A stretch of 64,000 nt of DNA, taken from Sulfurospirillaceae bacterium (GTDB lineage: Bacteria > Campylobacterota > Campylobacteria > Campylobacterales > Sulfurospirillaceae). Both the position numbers and the translations under genes were made by a program. The notes beneath the pieces were generated by a model. It had not been told where the DNA came from. It did no database searches and saw only the letters and a program-made list of their open reading frames with translations. This document shows positions 1 to 9,839 of the stretch, piece after piece (the stretch's first letter is position 1; each line of letters opens with the position of its first letter). The stretch is from contig JAQUVE010000001.1 of assembly GCA_028693565.1 (NCBI GenBank), positions 10,905 to 74,904 of the forward strand, in the 5' to 3' direction.

Positions 1-90
1 TTCATTAATATACTCAATAATGCGTTTATGTTGGTCATCAATGACGGCGATATTAACAGAAAATGAAGGATCCCAAACCCAATATGACAT
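1..90 (-). CDS. Bacteriohemerythrin, N-terminal part (runs off the window start)
   Basis: Manual translation from ATG at 90 gives MSYWVWDPSFSVNIAVIDDQHKRIIEYINE, the hemerythrin W..S.SV....ID.QH motif. AAGGAG RBS upstream. Not in the ORF track because it is truncated. Confidence 0.85.
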   Translation of the reverse strand, partial: MSYWVWDPSFSVNIAVIDDQHKRIIEYINE

Positions 91-137
91 TTCAGCTCCT
101 TTGAAAAGCTCACATTCTTAAAGATTATTGAATCATC

Positions 138-214
138 ATTATAACATAAGAAATAATATGATAAAAGTTAAAAAAAATACATTCGCCTTATTTTCATTAT
201 CTATTCGTTATAAT
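138..214. promoter_or_regulatory. Divergent sigma70-type -10 boxes (TATAAT on minus at 138-143; TATAAT on plus at 209-214)
   Basis: Perfect hexamers oriented toward the hemerythrin gene and metF respectively. Confidence 0.55.
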
Positions 215-244
215 AACTAAAAGTTACACAGCGATGGATAAACA

Positions 245-1159
245 ATGATAGAACAATTAATTGACAAACTAAGACATAATACTTTTTTAAGTTTAGAAAC
301 AACACCTATGCATGAACCTACATTTGAGCCTATTATTGAAAAAATAGCGCACTTTGGGCTCAATACAAAAGTCGATGCTTTTAGCACTACTGATAACCCT
401 TTAGCACGTCTTAAGTATAATGCATTTTTTGGTGCACTTAAATTGCAAAATAGATTTCAAAAACCAGTAATCACAACGATGAGTATGCGAGATCGCAATA
501 AAGTAGCCCTTCAATCGGATCTTTTAGGTGCAAATGAGCATGAATTAAGAACTATTCTTTGTCTCACAGGAGACCCAGCGAATGCGAGTGATCAACCACT
601 TTTAAAAGGTGTATTTGAAGGGAACAGCACACTTTTAATGGATATTATAAAATGCTTTAATGCAGGACTTGATTATTCAGGCAAACCTTTTAAAACTCAA
701 CCAAAGCCAATTTATCCTTTTGCCGTTTGCAATGCACATGCCAATATTCCTAAAAATCTCATCAAAAAGATGCATACTAAAATGGAACATGGTGCTGTAG
801 GGATTATCACACAACCCGTTTATAGCGTCGAAAATGCAACTTTACTTTTAGAAATGCTTCAAAATGCTAAGGAAGGACTGAGCGCTGAGGCACAAAAAAC
901 AGAGCTAATTTTAGGATTTTTTCCGATAGTAAAACTACGAACAGCACAGTTTTTAGCCGCACACGTACCAGGTATTCATGTCCCTGAAATATGGATGGAA
1001 AAACTCACTCGTGCTAAAAAAGTCAGTGAAGAAGAAGAAAAAAAGGTAGGCTTTGAACTTTCGCTCAATGCTTTTAAATCAATTCAAAAAGTACATCCTA
1101 AAATACATATGATGAGTGCTAATAATTTTGAACTAGTGTCAGATTTACTCAATTCTTAA
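245..1159 (+). CDS. metF: Methylenetetrahydrofolate reductase
   Basis: TDNPLARL, MRDRNKVALQSDLLGA, LCLTGDP and ITQPVY motifs of the MTHFR family. Confidence 0.85.
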   Translation: MIEQLIDKLRHNTFLSLETTPMHEPTFEPIIEKIAHFGLNTKVDAFSTTDNPLARLKYNAFFGALKLQNRFQKPVITTMSMRDRNKVALQSDLLGANEHELRTILCLTGDPANASDQPLLKGVFEGNSTLLMDIIKCFNAGLDYSGKPFKTQPKPIYPFAVCNAHANIPKNLIKKMHTKMEHGAVGIITQPVYSVENATLLLEMLQNAKEGLSAEAQKTELILGFFPIVKLRTAQFLAAHVPGIHVPEIWMEKLTRAKKVSEEEEKKVGFELSLNAFKSIQKVHPKIHMMSANNFELVSDLLNS

Positions 1160-1172
1160 GGCATATACAAGG

Positions 1173-1198
1173 TGGAGTCAAACTTTCATTTGACTCCA
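1173..1198. terminator. Hairpin between convergent metF and cheW (probably bidirectional terminator)
   Basis: TGGAGTCAAA-ctttca-TTTGACTCCA is a perfect 10-bp stem, followed by a T-rich tract on plus. Confidence 0.8.
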
Positions 1199-1206
1199 TG
1201 ATTTTT

Positions 1207-1701
1207 CTAAAAATCTCGCTTTAAAAGAGCCTCAACTTTTAAAATCGTTAAGATATTCTCATCTCGCATACCAATTCCATAAACCATTCCTTTATCCGCA
1301 TGAATGGTCTCTGGCGGTGGCCCAATTTTACCACTTTTAATACGAATTGCTTCTGTTAATCTATCAATTACAAAGCCTGCCGTATTGTCACGACCCTTCA
1401 TGACGATATAACGAGTATCTTCACTTTGTCTGACTGATTCCATTTTGAATTTGCGACGTAAATCAATCAATGGGATAACGCTACCTCTTAAATTGAAAAC
1501 CCCTAAGATATAATCAGGCACACTTGGAACACGTGTATATTCAATAGGTTTAATAATCTCTTGAATACTTAAAATGGGGACAGCGTACTCTTCTTGCCCA
1601 ATGATAAATCCAACCAACTGGATAACATCTTCTTCTTTTTTATGCGGTTCTTCAATCTGCTTTTGCTGTTTCTGGATAATATTATTTAGTTTATCGTTCA
1701 T
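1207..1701 (-). CDS. cheW: Chemotaxis coupling protein CheW
   Basis: EIIKP..TRVPSVPDYILGVFNLRGSVIPLIDLR CheW signature. Lies downstream of cheA. Confidence 0.95.
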   Translation of the reverse strand: MNDKLNNIIQKQQKQIEEPHKKEEDVIQLVGFIIGQEEYAVPILSIQEIIKPIEYTRVPSVPDYILGVFNLRGSVIPLIDLRRKFKMESVRQSEDTRYIVMKGRDNTAGFVIDRLTEAIRIKSGKIGPPPETIHADKGMVYGIGMRDENILTILKVEALLKRDF

Positions 1702-1714
1702 GGCATCGCTCCGC

Positions 1715-4036
1715 TTATAATTTTATATTTTTTCGAACAACACTCTCGAGGTATTCTGGTGAATAAGGTTTGGTGATATATTCACTCATCCCTGATTCAA
1801 CACCTCGTAATCTGTCCGATTTTGATGTTCTTGAAGTAACTGCAATCAATGGTAAATTCTTATACTTAGAGTACTTACGTATTTCTGTCGCTAATGTATA
1901 ACCATCCATTCTTGGCATCTCAATATCAATCAATACAGCATCAATACTGTGTTCTGCTGATTTAAGCATGTTTAGTGCCTCTTGGCCATTCGAAGCTTCT
2001 AATACCTTAACTCCGATTGGCTCCATAGATTTTTTCATAATATTGCGATCCATAGCACTGTCATCAACTGCTAAAACAATGAAATCACTTGGAGCGCTTT
2101 TGACTTTAACTGTTGCCTCTGCTGATGCACGAATATCAACGCTAATTCCTTTGGCAAGAGTCATTAGTGCTGCTACATCAATAATCAATGTGACACGACC
2201 ATCTCCACGAATCGTAGCACCAGCTATACCCTCTATACCTTGTAAATAATCGCCCAAAGATTTAATAACAATCTCTTCTTGCCCTACTAGCGTATCGACA
2301 ATAACACCTAGTTTTGCTTCAGCAAGACCAATCACAACAACATAGGCATGCTCACTGTTTTCATACACTTGCTTAACACCAAAGATATCAGATAAACGAA
2401 CCAATGATAACACTTCATCACGAAGTCGTAAGACATTTTTACCTTCAATGGTATAAATTTCATCAAGAGGAATACGCACTGTTTCTAAAACTGATGCTAA
2501 TGGAATCGCATAGTACTCTTCTTGTGCTCCAACTAAGAGTGCTTGAATAATCGCCAATGTCAAAGGAATTTTGAGTCGAATGATGGTGCCTCGCCCTAAT
2601 TCACTATAAACATCAATAATACCATTGAGCTTTTCGATATTGGTTTTAACGACATCCATACCTACACCACGGCCTGAAACATTTGTAACGACTTTGGCAG
2701 TTGAAAGAGACGGTTTAAAGATAAGTGCATATGCTTCTTTATCACTCATACCATCTGCTTCTCGCTCTGTAATCATCCCTTTTTCAATCGCTTTTGAACG
2801 TAAAATATCGGGGTCTAACCCATTTCCATCATCGGTAATTTCAATAACAATGTTATTGCCTTCGTTATAGGCTTTCAGCTGGATAAGTCCACCTTCTGGT
2901 TTGCCTTTTGCACGTCTTGCCTCCATCGTTTCAATACCATGGTCACATGAATTACGAATGATATGCACTAAAGGATCGCCAATTTCTTCAACAATTGATT
3001 TATCGAGTTCTGTCTCTTCACCAGAAATTTCAAGCTCTATTTGTTTGCCAAGTTCACGCGATAAGTCTCTAACCATTCTTGGGAACTTGTTAAATACCTT
3101 AGCAATAGGAAGCATTCTGGTTTTCATAACTGCGATTTGTAAATCAGTCGTAACCAATGAAATTGAAGATACCACTTGATTGAGCTCTTCTAAGAACTTT
3201 TCGCCTTCATAGCGTTCTTCAACATCATCATAGATTTTGAGCAATCTATTTTTACCCAAAACAAGCTCACCAATTAAGTTCATGAGGTGGTCTAGTCGTT
3301 TGACTTCCACTCTAATGGTTTGTTCCATTGCGCTAGCGGCTTCTTTTTTCACAGGAGCTGAAGCTGCACTTGATGTATCTTCTCTTTTTGATGGTGCACT
3401 TCTTGGCGCAGGCGCTTCACTTTCACTTTTGGTTACCGCCGAAGTCGAAGCTACAGCAGTAGATGCAGCATTACTGCTTTCTCGCCGTTTTTTATCTTCT
3501 TCTTTACGCATTTTAAGAAGTCGTTCTATCTCGTCTTCAACTTCTTTATCGCTAAGCTGTGAATAATCAGACTCTTCTTCAAATACGGGAGCCGCTACTT
3601 CTTCAATATTGCTTTGCTCAACAGGACTTGCTTCAGGGATTGTATCGCCATTGGATATTGCATCTAATCGATGACAGATATCTGTAATATCAATACCTAT
3701 AGAAGTATCGTTGCCATTATCGCGAATAGCATGTAATAACGCTTTCATCAAATCAATTGACTCAAGAACAACATCCATAACATCTGCTGTTAGTTTCAAC
3801 TCACCACGGCGTGCTTTGTTGAGAACATCTTCCATATGATGTGTTAACTTTGTCAAAATATCAAAATTTAAAAAGGATGAAGACCCTTTAATGGTATGAG
3901 CAACCCTAAAGATACTATTAAGTAGTTCAAGATCATCTGGATTGTTCTCTAGTTCTACTAAGTTTTGGTCAAGTTGTTCAATAAGTTCGAACGCTTCAAC
4001 CAAAAAATCTTCTAAAATTTCTTGAATATCTTCCAT
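1715..4036 (-). CDS. cheA: Chemotaxis histidine kinase CheA with C-terminal receiver domain (CheAY hybrid)
   Basis: Hpt (FRVAHTIKG), dimerisation domain, HATPase (HIIRNSCDHG, DDGNG, SGRGVGMD), CheW domain, and REC (IDIEMPRMDG). Confidence 0.97.
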   Translation of the reverse strand: MEDIQEILEDFLVEAFELIEQLDQNLVELENNPDDLELLNSIFRVAHTIKGSSSFLNFDILTKLTHHMEDVLNKARRGELKLTADVMDVVLESIDLMKALLHAIRDNGNDTSIGIDITDICHRLDAISNGDTIPEASPVEQSNIEEVAAPVFEEESDYSQLSDKEVEDEIERLLKMRKEEDKKRRESSNAASTAVASTSAVTKSESEAPAPRSAPSKREDTSSAASAPVKKEAASAMEQTIRVEVKRLDHLMNLIGELVLGKNRLLKIYDDVEERYEGEKFLEELNQVVSSISLVTTDLQIAVMKTRMLPIAKVFNKFPRMVRDLSRELGKQIELEISGEETELDKSIVEEIGDPLVHIIRNSCDHGIETMEARRAKGKPEGGLIQLKAYNEGNNIVIEITDDGNGLDPDILRSKAIEKGMITEREADGMSDKEAYALIFKPSLSTAKVVTNVSGRGVGMDVVKTNIEKLNGIIDVYSELGRGTIIRLKIPLTLAIIQALLVGAQEEYYAIPLASVLETVRIPLDEIYTIEGKNVLRLRDEVLSLVRLSDIFGVKQVYENSEHAYVVVIGLAEAKLGVIVDTLVGQEEIVIKSLGDYLQGIEGIAGATIRGDGRVTLIIDVAALMTLAKGISVDIRASAEATVKVKSAPSDFIVLAVDDSAMDRNIMKKSMEPIGVKVLEASNGQEALNMLKSAEHSIDAVLIDIEMPRMDGYTLATEIRKYSKYKNLPLIAVTSRTSKSDRLRGVESGMSEYITKPYSPEYLESVVRKNIKL

Positions 4037-4046
4037 CGTTCTACCC

Positions 4047-4997
4047 CTATTGTGCTATTTTTACATGCGATTTAATTACTTTAGAAACTTCTTTGTAAAA
4101 AATCGACGCATCAAATTTTGTTAAATAGGCTTCACCGCCCGCCTCTTTTCCTCGTATTTCACTGAAATGATCACTAATAGAAGAATTAAATACTATGGGA
4201 ATATTTTTAAATCTCGCATCTTCTTTAACGTTAGCTGCAAAATGAAACCCATCCATTTGTGGCATTTCAACATCACTAATGATAATTTTTATTTCTTCAG
4301 CAATGCGGTCACCATAAGTTACATAAAGTTCATTTAAGCGCTGTAAGCCTTCCATACCATCTTTAGCCTCAACCACACGCATTCCCATCTTTTTGAGCGC
4401 ATCATTTACAAGCTTTCGAGCAATAGCACTATCATCTAAAATAAGTGCTGTACCTTCCACCTTCATAATTTCATCATCTAGAACATCAATTTTTGGCTGA
4501 TAAATGCCTAAAGCTTGAACAACACTTTCTAAATCTAAGATCAATAATACTTCGTCATTTTCGATACGTGTTACCCCTGTAATTTGACTCTTATCAAGTG
4601 ATCCCATTCCCGCAACAAATGAAGCTGGTTCGATGTCTTTCCAACTAATACGACGAATTCGTTTCGCTTCATGAACGACAAAGCCAATCAAAATATCACT
4701 AAATTCAGTAATGATAATGCGTGGTTTGATAGAGCCATCATCAGGTTCAGTAATGTTCATCCATTTTGCAAGATTAACAACGGGAATGACGACCCCACGA
4801 AGGTCAAATATCCCTTCGATATATTCAGGCACACCGGGTAATTCTGTTAGATTAGGGATTTTAATGATTTCACGAACTTTGGCAACATTGACGCCATAAA
4901 TTCCTTCATACACACCTTTTTCTTCTTTTTTAAAGATACGAAAGTCAACCAGTTCCATTTCATTGGAACCTACTTTTAAAATATTGTCTTTAGCCAT
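4047..4997 (-). CDS. cheV: Chemotaxis protein CheV (CheW-REC)
   Basis: N-terminal CheW domain (YGVNVAKVREII) plus receiver domain (ISDVEMPQMDG). Confidence 0.95.
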   Translation of the reverse strand: MAKDNILKVGSNEMELVDFRIFKKEEKGVYEGIYGVNVAKVREIIKIPNLTELPGVPEYIEGIFDLRGVVIPVVNLAKWMNITEPDDGSIKPRIIITEFSDILIGFVVHEAKRIRRISWKDIEPASFVAGMGSLDKSQITGVTRIENDEVLLILDLESVVQALGIYQPKIDVLDDEIMKVEGTALILDDSAIARKLVNDALKKMGMRVVEAKDGMEGLQRLNELYVTYGDRIAEEIKIIISDVEMPQMDGFHFAANVKEDARFKNIPIVFNSSISDHFSEIRGKEAGGEAYLTKFDASIFYKEVSKVIKSHVKIAQ

Positions 4998-5730
4998 TGC
5001 AGCCCCTTACTTGCATTTGCGCAAATTGTGTCTTCGAAGATGATTGTACACTAAAATAGCTTTGATTGCACGCAAAAGATGAAAAATTAAAATAGTTAAT
5101 GCCATGTGTTTCAAATTGACAATTTTGATGGTAGTGCCCCTCTATAACCCACGTGATAGATTCAAGAGGATACTTTGTGATTTTAGCTTCTATTACCGCT
5201 TGAAAATTTTCGATTTTTCGGCATAAATTTTTACGTTTTTGACTCTCTTCTATCGCTTTTGAGATAAAGCCATAAGAGTACTTATCTAAAAAATTTAAAA
5301 TAGAAAGAATCGTATGATTGCGAATAAGATACGTAAAAAAACGATGTAACCCATCGGCATACTTATCACCATGACTTACTAAAGCTTTGGTGCCATCGGG
5401 TAAGTTTATATGCAGTGGTTGGTGCTCGATTGAAAAAACACGGGCATACTTAAAAAGTGAAGCGAGGTTAAAATCGTGGTTACCTTCCAAATAAAAAAGC
5501 TCTGTTTTTTTGGCTATTTCATCTATGAGCGTTATATAGTTTTTATATTTTTCAATACCATAAGCTACATCGCCTACAAGTAAATCAACCATATCCCCCA
5601 TCAAAAAAAGCTGTGGTGGGGGATTGTTGTTAAGTTGTTCTAAAAACGCATAAAAGAAGGAACGCTCTGCACAATCGTGCGCATCTGCGATAAAGATTGC
5701 TCCTTCTTTGACTGTGATATTAGGGAACAT
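4990..5730 (-). CDS. lpxH: Metallophosphoesterase, UDP-2,3-diacylglucosamine diphosphatase (LpxH-like)
   Basis: DAH, GDMVD, GNHD, SHGD and GHYH calcineurin-like motifs, near lpxB. Start trimmed to ATG at 5730. Confidence 0.7.
   Translation of the reverse strand: MFPNITVKEGAIFIADAHDCAERSFFYAFLEQLNNNPPPQLFLMGDMVDLLVGDVAYGIEKYKNYITLIDEIAKKTELFYLEGNHDFNLASLFKYARVFSIEHQPLHINLPDGTKALVSHGDKYADGLHRFFTYLIRNHTILSILNFLDKYSYGFISKAIEESQKRKNLCRKIENFQAVIEAKITKYPLESITWVIEGHYHQNCQFETHGINYFNFSSFACNQSYFSVQSSSKTQFAQMQVRGCNG
5043..5048 (-). promoter_or_regulatory. Possible internal -10 (TACAAT) for cheV-cheA-cheW inside the 3' end of lpxH
   Basis: TACAAT lies about 45 bp upstream of the cheV ATG, which has an AAGGGG RBS. 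Confidence 0.4.
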
Positions 5731-6733
5731 ACGCGATGATAGGAATACCTGCAGCCTCATCAAAACCGCACATCAAATTGGCATTCACCACCGCTTGTGA
5801 AGAGGCGCCACGCAGAAGATTGTCGATACTGCTTGAAACAAAGATTGAGTTTCCTTTTTGACTGACAAAAATATCGCAAAAATTAGTTCCTGCAGTGGAT
5901 TTAATATCCACAGGAACTTCACGCACACGTACAAAACGAGCGTCTTGATAAAATTGCGTTAAAATCTCTTTGGCATTGATAAGCTCTTTGGTTTGCAAAT
6001 AAGCGCTGATTAACATTCCTCGACTCACTGGTAGTAAATGAGGAACAAAATTTACCTCATAATCATGCCCACTCACTAAACGTAATTTCTCTGCAATTTC
6101 AGGTTCATGACGATGTTTCAAAGGGTTGTACGCAAAAATATTTTCATTGATAGTCACAAAATGTGATGTCAAAGTTGGTTTTTTCCCTGCACCCGAAACT
6201 CCACTTTTAGCATCTATAAAGATAGGTGCATCTTTTTTAAGGTAGGGTAAAAAAGGCAAAATACCTAAAATTGAAGCAGTTGGATAGCATCCTGGATTGG
6301 CAACGAGCGACGCTTTTTGAATGTTGCTTTTATTGATTTCAGGCAAACCATACACAGCGAGCTCTAAGTTTTCTTTATCTTCATGCTCGCAATAGTGCTT
6401 CTCATACGCTTCCAACCCTAAACGATAATCTGCAGAAAGATCTACCACTTTAACTTGTAAAGCTAAAAGCTCTTTCGCAAAACCCATAGCCGCTTTATGC
6501 GGTAAAGCCAAAAATGCCAGCTCTGCGTGCTTAGCGACTTCCTTAGCATCTGCTTTATGCACCTCTTGCTCAAAAACTTTCACCAAAGAGGGATGCAAAG
6601 CACTCGCTTTAATGCCACCCTCAGTTGTTGCAATATATGTAATCTCAAAATGAGGATGATTAATGAGAATTTTCATTAATTCTAACCCCGTATAACCACT
6701 CGCACCAATAATTGCTACATTTATTTTTTTCAT
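5720..6733 (-). CDS. argC: N-acetyl-gamma-glutamyl-phosphate reductase
   Basis: GASGYTG, ANPGCYPT, DAKSGVSGAG and DNLLRGASSQA motifs. Confidence 0.97.
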   Translation of the reverse strand: MKKINVAIIGASGYTGLELMKILINHPHFEITYIATTEGGIKASALHPSLVKVFEQEVHKADAKEVAKHAELAFLALPHKAAMGFAKELLALQVKVVDLSADYRLGLEAYEKHYCEHEDKENLELAVYGLPEINKSNIQKASLVANPGCYPTASILGILPFLPYLKKDAPIFIDAKSGVSGAGKKPTLTSHFVTINENIFAYNPLKHRHEPEIAEKLRLVSGHDYEVNFVPHLLPVSRGMLISAYLQTKELINAKEILTQFYQDARFVRVREVPVDIKSTAGTNFCDIFVSQKGNSIFVSSSIDNLLRGASSQAVVNANLMCGFDEAAGIPIIAYVP

Positions 6734-6736
6734 TAC

Positions 6737-7228
6737 TTAACTCTCAAAATCAATTTCACGGTATGCAACCTCTAAGATTTCATACTCTTGTTTGCCACCT
6801 GGTAACGTTACACTCACCTCATCACCTTCGCCTTTACCCATTAATTGCTTTGCTAAAGGAGAGTGATACGAAATTAGCCCTTTATAGGCATTGCTTTCTG
6901 TACTTCCTACAATCGTATAGGTAATCTCTTCATTACTTTCCAAATTTTCCAACATCACAGTCGAGCCAAAGCGTACCTTGTCATGATCATACGAACTTGG
7001 ATCAATCACCTGTGAACGTGACAATAAATCACTTAATTCGCCAATTCGTCCATCAATAAATGCCAAACGCTCTTTAGCGGCATGGTATTCAGCATTTTCT
7101 TTTAGATCCCCATGGCTTCGAGCGATATCAAGCTCAATAACCGTTTCAGGGCGCTGCTTTTTTTTCAAATCATTGAGTTCATGGGTGAGTTTTTTATAAC
7201 CATATTCTGTCATGGGTTCTTTATTCAT
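6737..7228 (-). CDS. greA: Transcription elongation factor GreA
   Basis: ARSHGDLKENAEYHAAKE and ISYHSPLAKQLMGK motifs. Confidence 0.97.
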   Translation of the reverse strand: MNKEPMTEYGYKKLTHELNDLKKKQRPETVIELDIARSHGDLKENAEYHAAKERLAFIDGRIGELSDLLSRSQVIDPSSYDHDKVRFGSTVMLENLESNEEITYTIVGSTESNAYKGLISYHSPLAKQLMGKGEGDEVSVTLPGGKQEYEILEVAYREIDFES

Positions 7229-7255
7229 AGTATTCTCCTATCGCTAATCATCTTA

Positions 7256-8284
7256 TTATACCTTCATTATGCTTATCATCGTCTCTTTGCTTCCGTGCCC
7301 CAAAATACGTCGTAGCTTTAACGCATGTTCAAAAAATGCTTCTCTATCAATACTTGCATAGGCTTCTAAAAGATTGTCAACACTAACGTCATCTTGCAAT
7401 AACTCAGGGTGCAACTCTGGTAACTTTTCAAAATCAAAAATGATATTGGCAAGTCCCACATGTGAAAGTTTAACAAAATGCCTTGCTATCCAATAATCTA
7501 TCAATTTTGCTTTATAGGCCAATACCATAGGAACACCAACAAGTGCGGCTTCAAGCGTAGCAGTACCTGAGCACACAAAAGCAAATTCACTCTTTAAAAA
7601 CGCCTCATAAGTGTTTTTTGACAAAGTAAAAGCACTTATATCCCCATAAAGTTCAGCAATCTCTTTGTCGCTAAAATGGGGTGGAATAACCAGTATCTTT
7701 TCTTTATCAATTTGCTGGGCAACTTCACGATAAAGGGGCATCAGCGCCCTAATCTCACTTTTGCGACTCCCAGGCAAAAAAGCCACTCGCCCAGTGGATT
7801 CATACACCGCTTTACATGTAGGGATTTCGTCCAAAAGAGGATGCCCTACATAAGTCGCCTTGGTGTAAAACTGTTGCTCAAACGGTAAAATAGAGGCTAA
7901 CACATCACAATATTGTTCAACCTTCGCCACACGTTTGGCTTTCCATGCCCACACTTGTGGCAAAATATAATAGATGATTTCCACATTGGGATTGATTTTT
8001 TTAATCGCCTTTGCAAGCGGTAAATTAAACGCAGGTGAGTCGATCAATAACACTTTATCGACAAAACAACTCATCCCCGCCATCACCTTTATGGCTTTTT
8101 GCGCTTTTTTAATTTTCGGAATCGCATCCAAAAAACCCATAATGGAAAAAGCACGACTAGCAATAACAGGTTTACCAAAACGCTCATCAAAAATCCCATA
8201 CAACTCACACCCGTTTAAAGCACCCAAAATGGGCTCTAAATGAAGGTTTGCGGAGGGTTCAAGGGCCGATACGAGTAGTTTCAA
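7256..8284 (-). CDS. lpxB: Lipid-A-disaccharide synthase
   Basis: SALEPSANLH, IDSPAFN, PQVWAW, LPGSRKSE and SGTATLE motifs. Probable TTG start at 8284. Confidence 0.95.
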   Translation of the reverse strand: MKLLVSALEPSANLHLEPILGALNGCELYGIFDERFGKPVIASRAFSIMGFLDAIPKIKKAQKAIKVMAGMSCFVDKVLLIDSPAFNLPLAKAIKKINPNVEIIYYILPQVWAWKAKRVAKVEQYCDVLASILPFEQQFYTKATYVGHPLLDEIPTCKAVYESTGRVAFLPGSRKSEIRALMPLYREVAQQIDKEKILVIPPHFSDKEIAELYGDISAFTLSKNTYEAFLKSEFAFVCSGTATLEAALVGVPMVLAYKAKLIDYWIARHFVKLSHVGLANIIFDFEKLPELHPELLQDDVSVDNLLEAYASIDREAFFEHALKLRRILGHGSKETMISIMKV

Positions 8285-8382
8285 AGATTTTCCCTTAGTA
8301 AATATTTTTAAGATGATATACAAAAATCTCTTAAAATTGTAAGCCGCTTTGGTTATAATATCTTAAAAAAAGTAGGCAATTT

Positions 8383-9174
8383 TTGATGAAACATATTTTA
8401 ATTACCAATGATGATGGCTTTGAAAGCAAAGGGCTCATCGCACTTGCAGAGGCTCTACGTCCCTTAGGACACGTAACCATCGTCGCTCCCACCACCGAAA
8501 AGTCCGCATGCGGTCACTCTTTAACCCTCACACGCCCTCTTCGTTTTATCGCTATTGAAGATGATTTTTTTAAGTTGGATGATGGGACGCCAACTGATTG
8601 TATCTACCTCTCTTTAAATGCACTTTTTGAAGGTGATAAAAAACCCGATTTAGTGGTAAGTGGTATCAATAGAGGCTCAAATCTGGGTGAAGATATCACC
8701 TACAGTGGTACGGCAAGTGCGGCCATGGAAGCGGCTATTCATGGCGTTGCTTCTATCGCTATCTCACAAGTCTATGTGGGAGGGCCACAAAATATTGATA
8801 TTCACGGTTACGATTTAGCCCAACAAGTCGCCCATGATTTAGCCAAAAAAATCTTAGAAGGCACTTTTCCACTCGGTGATAGACGCTTTTTAAATGTCAA
8901 TATCCCAGCGCTGAAACCTGAGGAGTGTAAAGGCTACAAGATCACTCGTTCAGGACACCGCATGTACGGCAATGACGCACATCTTCACCGCAATCCCCGA
9001 GGTGAAGAGTATTATTGGTTAGGCGTTCATACCTTAGAATGGAAAAAAAGTGCGCTCAATGATTGTGACCTCAGCGCCATTGATGAAGGCTATATTTCCA
9101 TAACCCCTATTCAATTGGATATGACAGCGCACGATGAATTAGACAAACTACAACAATGGATTGAGCATGGATGA
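8383..9174 (+). CDS. surE: 5'/3'-nucleotidase SurE
   Basis: ILITNDDG, DGTPTDC, SGINRGSN and YSGTASAAMEA motifs. Confidence 0.97.
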   Translation: MMKHILITNDDGFESKGLIALAEALRPLGHVTIVAPTTEKSACGHSLTLTRPLRFIAIEDDFFKLDDGTPTDCIYLSLNALFEGDKKPDLVVSGINRGSNLGEDITYSGTASAAMEAAIHGVASIAISQVYVGGPQNIDIHGYDLAQQVAHDLAKKILEGTFPLGDRRFLNVNIPALKPEECKGYKITRSGHRMYGNDAHLHRNPRGEEYYWLGVHTLEWKKSALNDCDLSAIDEGYISITPIQLDMTAHDELDKLQQWIEHG

Positions 9175-9811
9175 TAGATACTCACGCGTTAGAAAGATTT
9201 TCAATGAAGATTTTGAGCTACTTCAACATGCAAAAATTCTTCTTTTTGGTGTCGGTGGTGTCGGTAGTATCTGCTTAGATGCTCTTTTTCGCTCAGGCGT
9301 TACAGACATCACCATCGTTGATTTTGACTGCTACGATATCACTAACCAAAACCGTCAGTTAGGAAGTGAAGCCGTAGGTGAAATCAAAGTTAAACGCCTA
9401 AAAGAGCTCTATCCAACCGTAACACCTATAGAGCAAAAAGTTACGCCTGCATGGATTGAAAATTTTGATTTTAGCCCTTATGATGTGGTCATCGATGCGA
9501 TTGATGATATGCCCTCAAAAGTCGCCATCGCCCACAAATCAAGCGAAAAACTTATCAGCTCTAGCGGTGGTGCTAAAAAAATCGACCCTACCAAAGTACG
9601 TTATTGCTCAGTATGGAAAACTCACGGCGATGCTTTGGCTAAAAAATTTCGTTATGAACTGAAAAAAAGTGGTTTTAGCAAAGATTTTCTCACCGTTTTT
9701 TCCGATGAAGAACCCAACTGCAAAGACTTAGGCAGTTTGATGTGCGTCACGGGAACCTTTGGATTCACGCTTGCTGCTTTGGCAATTCGAAAGCTTACTA
9801 ATAAGCTGTAA
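9161..9811 (+). CDS. tcdA: ThiF/MoeB-family protein, probable tRNA threonylcarbamoyladenosine dehydratase
   Basis: GVGGVGS, DFD..DITNQNRQ, DAID, and SLMCVTGTFG motifs. Confidence 0.75.
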   Translation: MSMDDRYSRVRKIFNEDFELLQHAKILLFGVGGVGSICLDALFRSGVTDITIVDFDCYDITNQNRQLGSEAVGEIKVKRLKELYPTVTPIEQKVTPAWIENFDFSPYDVVIDAIDDMPSKVAIAHKSSEKLISSSGGAKKIDPTKVRYCSVWKTHGDALAKKFRYELKKSGFSKDFLTVFSDEEPNCKDLGSLMCVTGTFGFTLAALAIRKLTNKL

Positions 9812-9839
9812 GCTTTCCATGTCAAGAGTATCTAGCTGT

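Noticed and set aside
158-226. Half-matching Fnr/NssR-like sites in the hemerythrin-metF intergenic region (ATGAT-N4-GTTAA at 158-171; TAAC-N5-GTTA at 214-226)
   Set aside because: They are imperfect or wrongly spaced, not at -41.5, and easily arise by chance in very AT-rich DNA.
1968-3566. Several plus-strand ORFs of 80-110 aa opposite cheA (and similar ones opposite carB, mreB, trxB, moaA, nuoL and nuoG, the longest 171 aa at 44953-45468)
   Set aside because: They lie wholly antisense to well-conserved genes, are Ser/Ile/Phe-rich shadow frames, and show no RBS or recognisable motif.
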